Of a stretch of 61,753 bases of DNA, positions 51,901 through 61,753 are shown piece after piece. The DNA lies in contig NOWV01000212.1 in NCBI GenBank assembly GCA_003344405.1, positions 62,001-123,753 on the forward strand, given 5' to 3'. Source of the DNA: Trichoplax sp. H2. Lineage: Eukaryota. The notes below the pieces were generated by a model, which saw nothing but the letters and a program-made list of their open reading frames with translations, was not told the origin of the DNA and ran no database searches. How positions within the stretch are numbered: the first letter of the stretch is position 1; each line of letters begins with the position of its first letter. The position numbers and the translations under genes were made by a program.

Positions 51901-54900
51901 TTATAGTACTATACCTTAAGTTTACATACGCTTTTCCTTCGTATTCGACTTGTTTTTGAGCTATATCGGTGACCAGTTTATATAACTGATTATTTGGATG
52001 CGTACAAATTAACAAAGACTGGAGTAGCTGATCAGGTTTCTTTGATAGAAATACCTCGTTCTTTCTGATCGTCTCATACAATTCCATTTTAGGAAAGATG
52101 CCCTGAAAATGATTATTTGTTCAATTTGGAATAAAATGGACTATGAATCTTAACAAAGAAATGTCTTCCTATCCCCACTTACTGTTCAAAGTAATAAGCC
52201 ATAAATTGGATAATGTATTAATTAATACTTGACTGTTAATAAATCAATTACATCGTACGATTGCTTTCTAGTTATTAATAGGCATAACAGACTAATCTAA
52301 GTCACACAGTACTCTCTTCAAATAATGTAAACTTTCAGCATACACTTCTACCTTAGTACTATAAGTTAAAATTACTAGAACACCTTGGAATGTAAATATT
52401 CTTGGCATCGCTGCAAATCTTGGAGTAAGTCTGTTAGAGATTGTCTTATTTTTAAGTTTACTTCTGCCCATAAAATATCCATCGTTAGCTTAGAGATTAA
52501 CTCGCCTTCTGATGCTTCCACTAAATGATAAATTAAGTGCTCTTGTATATATTGATCGTGGATACGCCACCAACAATTACCCCATCGAATGCGATATAGA
52601 TTTAATAGTGTATTATGCAAACTCTGTCGATACTGTTTACTGGCGCCTACAGATTGTTGCCCTTTATCTGGATTCTGAAGAAGCAGGTCTGACAGAGTCC
52701 CATGTATCTGGCAATAGCTCCTATACATAATAGGCGATGTAAGTTACGTGTTGAATGTTTAAGATATGAGATAATCAAGCTGTTAATTTACCAAGATTTA
52801 CTACATGTATTTACTACTGATTCACGACAAATATCCAATAGCTTGCTATTTTTATATAGATTAAAATTTGGACTTACTTTGCATTGTCTTCATCTCGGTG
52901 ATATACTATTAGAGATCTACTGTGCAAATCTTTCAATATACTTTCAAGCTGCTGCGATTGATCCCATAACGTTGCTATTGCTGCAACCGGAATCTTTACG
53001 CTTTTTTTAAATGCTCCTAACAGTCTATAGTAGGCTCCGACCGGAGAAGGGAGTCGATTGATAACAAACTGAAAAACGCGGCATAAACTCGCTGGATAGT
53101 TCTCTGAGGGACCATGGCTATCTTCCTTATTCTGCTGAATAAATACTAGTGCTTCTTTCCATTCCTCCTCCGATTGTAATCGTGCTCCGCCTAAAAGAGT
53201 AATCGCTAAAGGATAGCAGCGGCAATATTCAATGACAGAAGCAATAACTTGATTTGCTGTAATTGTTGACAAGCCAATATTAGGTTGAAAGGAGGCTAAC
53301 AACTGCCAAGATTGCTGGAGTTCAAACTGACCCTTAGCAAGAAAGGAGATTACAAACAAAAAATATTAAACATCGACTTCTAATTGTAAGTTTTCTATAA
53401 GTAATCTAAGCATACAGTAGAGGTAAAAAGTTACGAAAATAGCTTTTACTTACAGGAGCTTCAGTTACATAATCAAACTGATGCAATCTTTCACTTAAAG
53501 TAAGTGGAGATGTTATCACCACATTTTTTGCAAATTGAAGATAATCTAGATATGATTCATTTCTAACGTCTTCAAATACAAAGAGTATAAATTTTCTTTC
53601 CATATGATCTGCTTAAAGTAAACCACGTATAATTAATTATAAATGAAAAGCATTGATACATCAAGTGCATTGTGTTAATATTTTATTATTTTCAATCTGT
53701 AATCATGCTGTAGAAGCTATCTTGAATAATTTGGGACTTTTAAAATTATATACTGAATGGAAGCTATAGTCTTTCATATCAGTATCAACGAGCATCTAGA
53801 TTTGTAGTAGATATATAATGTTACACTGTTTATGTGGTAAGGGCTTTACCTGAAAAATACTGTTTTAATGTAAGGCTAATGCAGTCTAAATCTCCATATG
53901 CTTGTTGATCATCATTGCTTACAGTACGGCATAATTTCCTTAATTTCATCGCTAGATCATCCTTGTTGATGTCACCTTTTGACGAACATGATGTTTAATG
54001 GAATCGTTAGTGGAGTCAGTAATTGAATAAAATATTATATTAAGCAGTACTTTAAGAAATTTAACTTGACTATATTATTGTCTCTGTTCTTTTAATTATT
54101 ATGATCACTGTAAAAATATGACTACCATATTTTCGATCGCTTAAAGAAACTTAGTATTAAAGGACAATATGCGTATGTCAATTTTTTCTATTTTCAGTGT
54201 AACATTACCATCATAGTTACAGTTCATATATCATAGATTAAACCATTATTTTATATCCAATAGATTCCAACAAAATCTATGCACACTATTTCTAATACTA
54301 AATTAAAGATTGGAGATTGAGTATTCTTTTCATTGTAAATTTTAAGGACACTTCATTATTCATATTAATTCGGACTGATCGAATGGAAGTACAGCTAGGT
54401 AAAATATATTAAGGTCTCACTCAGTACCTGTAATTTATTTTTAAGCTCACCGATTTTAGTCCAAAAAATACCATTAGGAGTAAAGAGATCATTTGCTTTC
54501 ACCATGTGTCTTATAGAATTGGCAACTGCCATGGTTTTTCCGCTTCCTGGGATGCCATGAACCAGTAATCGACCTTGACTGAAATTCATTTTCATCAGAG
54601 CCGTTGCTGTAGTGTTAACAAATGAATCACGTACAATAAGATGATGGCTTGGCAATTCTGGAACATCATGGAGGATATCTAGCAAACATGAAATGGCATG
54701 TTGATGTAATCCACTACAATTCGTATTTACGTGGAGCAAACTTTTGCCCTAAATAACTCGGCCTTGATTGATATAAGACTTTAAATTGATCTTATCGGCT
54801 AGCTTGAAATATATAATTTTTGATATTTATTTTGGTAACCTCATTTTTAATCTATAAGACACTACTTTAAGTTGCTAAACTAACGTACTGACGCTTCTGG

Positions 54901-55589
54901 TCAGTTTAGTTGCTGCATCGCAATTGCTATGCTCAGGTAATCTATAGGTCAATTTTATAGGCATGGGTTTATGGCAGTAAATTGACAGCATATCTACGAA
55001 TTCAAACTAAATCCTGATTAGATGCAGCATAATTTGATGGCTAATATAACTACATTGTATAAAGTGTGTCTACAGCAGCGGTCCAGAAAAGAATCATGGC
55101 TGTAAACAAGGCGGTATTTATAACGAGGACTCACCTAGATTTTCAGGTGCTTCCATATCCTTCCTTAATTTATTGCCCAGAGTTTGCAATGCTGGATTTG
55201 GATGGTTCTTTAAAATGTTACAGAAGATATAAAACGAACGATCTGTTCGGGTTTTTACAATTTCTATTATATCCTTCTTTATATCTTGGATACTTTCTTG
55301 TTGACGAAACGAATTCACTTCGTCAGCTGTTAAAACTTGAGCCGCTTGCAGCTTTTCGACAACACTATCATCAAGCCAATCCATCTCTTCAATTAATTCA
55401 GTATAATTCTTGGAGATGGCATCCAGAATCGGAGAACTACATTCAAATTCAGGACGACGACGCTAACAGAAAAGTATTGACAACGTTCGTTTAGCCTTGA
55501 CGCTTATATTGAAATCTACGAACCAATTTTTGCGTATTGCAATCAGAAAATCAATGGCTTACCCCATAGCTAACGAAACCAGGAAGCAT
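45917..55589 (-). CDS. Apaf-1-like protein: CARD, NB-ARC, helical domain, WD40-like repeats (multi-exon; some central exons may be disrupted)
   Basis: Probable start exon 55589-55563 and CARD-like exon 55462-55135 (ISKNYTELIEEMDWLDDSVVEKLQAAQVLTADEV...SFYIFCNILK). NB-ARC motifs: P-loop VHGIPGSGKT (~54535-54564), Walker B FVFEDV, CRCYPLAITLLGG and RSLI. Helical domain EHLIYHLVEA...MDILWAEV. WD-like exons LWEIQG and IWNVPD...VQSFDVSEDGQLLVS. Last exon 46195-45917 ends LKKIIAV...DGNCSVIQII*, resembling the Apaf-1 C-terminus. The full exon chain was not resolved. Confidence 0.8.
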
Positions 55590-57039
55590 TACTTAACGTT
55601 CTTCTTCTATTTCCAAAGGTGAAAAAGACAGTAATCCGATTTACCTTTGGTTACGAAGGCAGATAAACAGATTCAGTACTTTTGTAGACCAACATGAAAA
55701 GAAAGAACAAGCTGACATGAGCTAGTGTAGAGCTACAACTTGACTACCACAGATCCAATTCGCAGGTTAGCTAGCAAGATTGCACTCAAGATAAAGGGGA
55801 TCTTACTCATGAAAGAGATTGCACCTTAAGACGTCAATAATTATATTTTGGCCGTAATGTGCATTAGAATATTATCAAAACGTAGAGATGTAAGCAACAA
55901 GCCTTTGGCTACAGAACTACTATACTTCATAGAATAATCTTTTGTGCGTAATAAAATTAATGCCAATGATAGCTGGTAAGACGAAACGGCATTCTTGCAT
56001 TCTTCATAATTCATGGCGTCTAGTCATCAAGGTTTTTTTTCCTATGATATTTTTGTAGTCATTATGCGTTATAAATTGTTTACAACGACACTGTAGGATA
56101 GTTCGAAGCATGTTGTCATCATGCTGGCAAGACTTGTTTACAAATCTCCAAGGTTCTGTAGCATGAAAAGAAAACAGTTGAATAGATATTTTATGGGAAC
56201 TTAGATAGGTTAATCCCTCTTGCCATGTTAGTAGTATGAAGAACAGCATTGGTTCAATCAGATTATTTCATTCAAATCTAAGTCGTTTTGCATTGGATTG
56301 AAGGTAAGAACAAATGGATTGGATATGGACCGCATACGTAGCAAAATGATAGACTCCTTCCTAGATGTGCAACCCGCTGGATTCTATCATCGATCGCTTT
56401 ATGCTATGCATCGTCATCCAATCCAATCAACCCTATGGAAAATGGCTTCTGTTTGGGCATCACAACAACGACTTTAGGGAATTAGATTCTCATTCACTTT
56501 TTGTCCGTTTTACAATGGTCATCTACTGAGCTTAGGATCATGCCCAAGTCTGCTCGATTACTTGATGCAATATTTATTATACCTGTACGTCAACAGGAAC
56601 TTGAGTCTAGGATGGATTGGCAAGGCCTTGCTTGGCGTTGTATTCACCTTAAGAACGAAAAGAAGACACTTATTATCAAGGCTGTTCACTTCTAAATTAG
56701 CAAATCTTCATTTTTGGATGCAGATAGAAGGCTATAAAGTAGTATCAGTTGATCATTATCCATCCTACCTTGTTCAAGTTGCCACTAGATCTAACCTACG
56801 CAGTGTGCATGTGTTGCTTTTTAATCCACTCAAAAACAAACAGTACGCAAATTGCAAGGCTACGTCATAACTACACCAGTAAAGTAATTGGCTTAAGCTC
56901 CATAAATTTGCATCCAGTTTAAAATAGCATCCAATAAAACAATCATTGTACTATAACGTGACGAAAAATATGTTATGATTTGGAGTAGAGAAAGAATTTA
57001 AATTGGATTCTACTATGTACTTAACACCACACCCTCTAC

Positions 57040-57450
57040 TTTCTGTCCAAATTAGAGCGATTTGCATACGATAATATATGTGTATAATTATTGCAGCGGA
57101 GCTACGGATTAGATTTAGGATTGCGTTTAAATCATATTTAGTTTTCCATTTTCTGGCCCAGTTAGAGCTGACCTGAAATGATTTAGGATCAATTCGACTA
57201 GACGAAGTCAAAATTCAATGCTGTTTCTGAGCCAGATCTGGCGAATTACAATAAAATTTAGTGGCTCTACCTATTCGGACTGATTCATGATTTGCATATC
57301 CTAGGAAATGAATGACTGCAGCCTAGCTAAAGATTGGATTTAGGATTATGTTTCAACTATAATTACTTTTACTATTATCTGGCCAAATTAGAGCTGGCCT
57401 GGAGTGATTTGCATACGATAGGAAACGAATTACTTCAGCGAAGCGAAGGA
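57040..57450. repeat. Degenerate local repeat
   Basis: cca(a/g)(a)ttagagc..., gatttgcata(c/t) and gatt(a/g)gatttaggatt recur 2-3 times. Confidence 0.55.
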
Positions 57451-59933
57451 TTAAATTTGTGGATTACTAGTAGATTATACAATCTAAACTATACTCAATA
57501 TCTCATATGCGATTGGCTACTGAAGTACACTCATATGACATGCATCATCCTATGATTCCAAGTTAAGACTGGTAGAAACTATTTTAATTATCTTTAGATA
57601 GTGTTATTCATGGACTAAAATTTTAAAGTATGAGTTACCAAGCCTGTCTTTCTCTACTTTTAAAATTCATTCATGAAATGTACTTGAAAACATATTTATA
57701 TCGCGTTGGCTGCAAGATTGCTGAGATGATGATCATACATGACTTATAAAACACATTAACAGTCTTGTATCACGAATTACTTCCTGACAAATATAATCGT
57801 CTAACGGAAAGCACTTACTTTGAGCTGCTTTTATAGATTACTACCCTCATCGGCCGAAAGATCTAAGAACAACACTTTTAGAAGGCTCACAATCAGTAAA
57901 TACTCTGTACTATAATCTACAAAACAGCTTTATACTATAGCACTTAAACATTGTTAGTAACAATACTTTCTTAAATTTTATAAATTTAGGCAACGTAGTA
58001 GCGTAATAGCCTGTAATATAATCACTGATTATGATTATGATTGCATTGCGTAACACTTAGAATCTGAGATGATATGGAATCAACAATCTCAATGTCCTTC
58101 TATCAGCCTCTGGTAAGCTTGGACGTGAAATTAGTCATCGTAACTAGTTAGAAAGTTAGAATGCTTGTTTTCTTTTTTAAGAATAACTCTCACTACATCT
58201 GAGATTGATAATATCCATTAGCAATACTGCCTTGTTGACATTAATCAATGTCAGCAGAATGCTTCTGACACTAAATAAATAGGATGGAAATCATGTATAA
58301 TAGCAGTAGACAACTGACGAAAGAATGGTAATGTACACTACTGACATAGGTATTCTTGATCTTAAGCAATGAAAATATTAACCTCAACTATAAGTACTTA
58401 TAATCTTGCTGTTGTTTTTGCTAATTGTAAAGGTGTAATAGATTCCAGTATGAGCTTAACCCAGGCCTAAATTCAACCTAAAGTTATTTTAGCCAATCTA
58501 TCTGGAAAGGGATAAATTCTAAACTTTTTTCAATCATGTTGTACAGGCCATAAGTTGAATGCGTAAGACTAGCTCAAAGATTGATTCTTTCCATTTACGA
58601 GTATCATAAAATAAAATACCATTACAACTAGCAACAAGCACAATTTTTGATGTTTATTTCTGCAGTCCAAAAGTAAAGTTTCAACTGAAAATAATCCATA
58701 TTCAAGTGGTTATAGAACTGCATGTTTATCTAACCATAATAATTAGGAATGCTAATTTGTGTAACATTTAAGAAGTCACGTTTTCAATCACTGCAAAACT
58801 AGACACAATTTTTAATATGCATATAGTTCGAAAATTTTACCGAAAGGCAACTTTGCTTCTTAATTAGAAAATATGCATGAAGATGTAATTTATTGTTTGT
58901 GTCTTTATTAAAAAGTGATATTGTATTTAAAAATGTGGAATAAAGACTGAGCCGTAAATATAGATCTACTAATAGCGACCATCATTTAATTTGAATGTAT
59001 AGCTTGTTTGCAGTAATTAAGGTCTTTCAGCTCAAGTTATGCCTTAGATCTCTGTTATTATTTCAGTTGTTTTGCCATGGGATTTATAAAATGTACTTGT
59101 AAAAAGAGACGCGCAAAGGATGTATCAAGTCTTGTTTGCATGGAAGAATGCATGTGATTGCTAGGATTTTAGTTGTAATGTATTCAGTGCTAAAAGTTAG
59201 TTATTTTCTATTGCTCTCGATCAAGCGATCTCAGCTGTTCAGCTCGATTTACTCTTAGGAGATTGTAATTCCTGAGTCATCAGTCTACAATCTAGGATCT
59301 ACGTGTACCACGAAATTTCAAAGTTTCGATTAAGTTCAGTGCTGCAAGTTAGTAAATGGAGTATTAGTTAACCTAAGGTCAGTAAGTTGTTATGTAAATT
59401 AGTGAAGTAATTATCGCAACATAGGTTACTAAGTTAGTCAACGAATTAGTGGAATAATTATCGTAGATTATCTGATAGTCGGATTAAATTGTGAGCTATC
59501 CCAGCTCCGCATGGTCGATATACTGAACAGTAACAATCTTAATGACAACGAAAATAATTGTAATTAAATCGTAGCAAAAGAAAGATTCTAAAACATGGAT
59601 AGTCGTAAACACTTATTAAAAAATCTTCATATATTCAACCCATGAACAATATTTGTGAAATCTTTTAAATCCGCAGTTTATTAAATATGCAATAATAATT
59701 CTGACATATTGCAAATCTGGATAGGACTGTAAAATTGAATAAGCAAACAAAGTCTTGCTGTTGCAACGCTAGTCTGTAGGATAATATTGCGCGGTCTCAT
59801 TCCTTTACTAATGGAATTAATCGACTTATAAGGTGATTAATACTACTTTTAGTTTTGAAACAACTGAAGAAGCTTGTAATTTATTGAATATCCGATACGA
59901 CTTGTAAATGAATCTAATGTTGCTTAGAAGTTG

Positions 59934-61421
59934 TTACTTGCGCTCCTTGAGAGATATCCATATTCCATTTTGGCTTTTCAAAACTCCACCTGGAATGTGC
60001 TTAAAGGTTGTCTGATTGGTAGCTATATCAAAACGTTGCAAGATTCTAGCCGCTACCGCTTTCACTTCTTGGAAGGCAAAATTTTGTCCAATACAGTTTC
60101 GACTTCCTATAGCAAAGGGTATATAAGCATAGGCATCTCGACTGTTAGAATTCTCAGGTGTAAAACGTAGTGGATCATAGGTCCATGGATCTTTCCACCA
60201 TCTCGAATCATGATGATAGACGTAAGCTGGAACTTCAATATCCATTCCTTTAGGAAATTTGACTCCACCAACAGTCATATCTTCTGCTAACGTATATCCA
60301 AGAAGCGGAACTGTCGTATGCAATCGTTGTGATTCTTTAATACATAACGTTAAATAGGGTAGAGACGATAAGTCCTCCCATGCTATTTCAGTTCTGTCAC
60401 CAAGAACGTTGTCTATCTCCTCTTGACATTTCTTTTGATAATCTGGATTACTCGCTAAACTATAGAGTAACCAGGATATTGATGTGGATGTTGTATCGTG
60501 TCCTGCAAATAAAAATGTTATCACTTCATCAGCCATCTCATCGAGTGTCATTCCTACACCATCGCTATCCTTGGCTGTGAGTAAAATATCTAGAAAGTCC
60601 AAGTGTTTCCTTTCTTCGTTAATGCCATCTTGATTTTCCAAATCAGCTTGACGTTCAAGTATAATTTCCTTAGCGAATTGTTTACAATAATGAACATTGG
60701 AGTAAAATTTTTTCCCCTCTGTAGTTAATTTATAAATCAACTTGCTGACATAGAGTGGATTTTGCGCTCTAGCTTCCACAAAGAGAGAGTTTTCGTGGCA
60801 TGCTGTTAAGAATCGATGCCTAAAACCTTCTGCTTGCGGATTTAACTTTGTAGAGCAAGCACACTGTAAGATAATATCAAAAGTGCATAAGCTCATATCT
60901 TCTCGAACTTCGAAAGGTTTACTTTCTACAGCTAGTTTTGACCATTTATTCATTAAGATATCGATACATTCATTATAGACAACCAGATAGGTCTTCAAAA
61001 TATCAAAGTGAAATCCAGGTGTTAATAATTTTCGATTTCTTGACCACTGCTTTCCATTAGTGAATAAAAGTCCAGACCCAGTCCACTCCTTATAAATTCG
61101 TTGAACGACTGTTTCTTTCGTATTACATGGTTTGATAAATTTTTTGGCCACAAGAGGGCTACTCAATACTAATGTAGGATTGGTAATACCATACCAAATA
61201 GGAAACATATTAGGATAAGCTTGGCACAATTTAGTAAGACCTTCTAGGTAATCTTCCAATGTGCCCACATCATCTAGATTTCCAAGTAGCCAGTGTGCTT
61301 TGGGGCCAGGAACCTTTCTTAGGGCTGCCCATATGCGATTAGTTTCCATCAACCAAGGAAGGATTGATTTTAGAAAAATGAGCGCCGTTGCTACAATGAT
61401 TGATATTAAAATAATGTCCAT
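59934..61421 (-). CDS. Cytochrome P450, CYP4 clan (intronless, 495 aa), paralogue of 42798-44276
   Basis: Single ORF with WSRNRKLLTPGFHF, DFLDILL, FLFAGHDTT, ESQRLHTTVP, YHHDSRWWKDPW and FAIGSRNCIG. Long stretches are identical to the other CYP. Confidence 0.95.
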   Translation of the reverse strand: MDIILISIIVATALIFLKSILPWLMETNRIWAALRKVPGPKAHWLLGNLDDVGTLEDYLEGLTKLCQAYPNMFPIWYGITNPTLVLSSPLVAKKFIKPCNTKETVVQRIYKEWTGSGLLFTNGKQWSRNRKLLTPGFHFDILKTYLVVYNECIDILMNKWSKLAVESKPFEVREDMSLCTFDIILQCACSTKLNPQAEGFRHRFLTACHENSLFVEARAQNPLYVSKLIYKLTTEGKKFYSNVHYCKQFAKEIILERQADLENQDGINEERKHLDFLDILLTAKDSDGVGMTLDEMADEVITFLFAGHDTTSTSISWLLYSLASNPDYQKKCQEEIDNVLGDRTEIAWEDLSSLPYLTLCIKESQRLHTTVPLLGYTLAEDMTVGGVKFPKGMDIEVPAYVYHHDSRWWKDPWTYDPLRFTPENSNSRDAYAYIPFAIGSRNCIGQNFAFQEVKAVAARILQRFDIATNQTTFKHIPGGVLKSQNGIWISLKERK

Positions 61422-61753
61422 AGTGGTTTAGTTCAACCTTGAAGGATGGCGTAATGTGTAAAAGAATACAATTTTGTCAAGTAAATCAAAAATTTAGCAC
61501 TCATTAAAAAATAATCATGCCGGAGGATTTACTTAATAATGACTGTCGATAATGACAATCTCCTCTCGTATAATAGCGTTATTAATAATTATCACTCTGC
61601 AGCAGTTGCTAATTTTATATTGTTTTTATGCAGTTTTTCTATTGAATACGCAGGCTCGACTTACTATATAGTCTGTATATTAATATCTAATATTGCTGTG
61701 GCTAATATTGATTAAAGACAAAAATGATATACTGCATAATTCGTTAAATATAG

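Noticed and set aside
55066..55494. Plus-strand 142 aa ORF and other antisense or alternate-frame ORFs (e.g. 52512-53010, 42842-43150, 59931-60580, 33970-34170)
   Set aside because: They are shadows of real coding exons and have no recognisable motifs.

Overview
AT-rich eukaryotic (animal) genomic DNA with short GT-AG introns. The style resembles a compact early-branching metazoan such as a placozoan, but that is an inference. The left ~36 kb holds a tandem cluster of five paralogues of an apparently uncharacterised three-exon family. Each encodes a signal peptide, a short pro-like segment, two tandem 8-cysteine Frizzled-like cysteine-rich domains (CRDs) and a GPI-anchor-like hydrophobic tail. 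Three copies are intact and two are pseudogenes. The right part holds two intronless CYP4-clan cytochrome P450 genes flanking a multi-exon Apaf-1-like CARD/NB-ARC/helical/WD40 gene with unusual ATPase motifs. Also present are a heavily decayed LRR(-7TM?) relic and many unrelated degenerate tandem repeats in introns and upstream regions. All exon models were read by hand; no searches were run.
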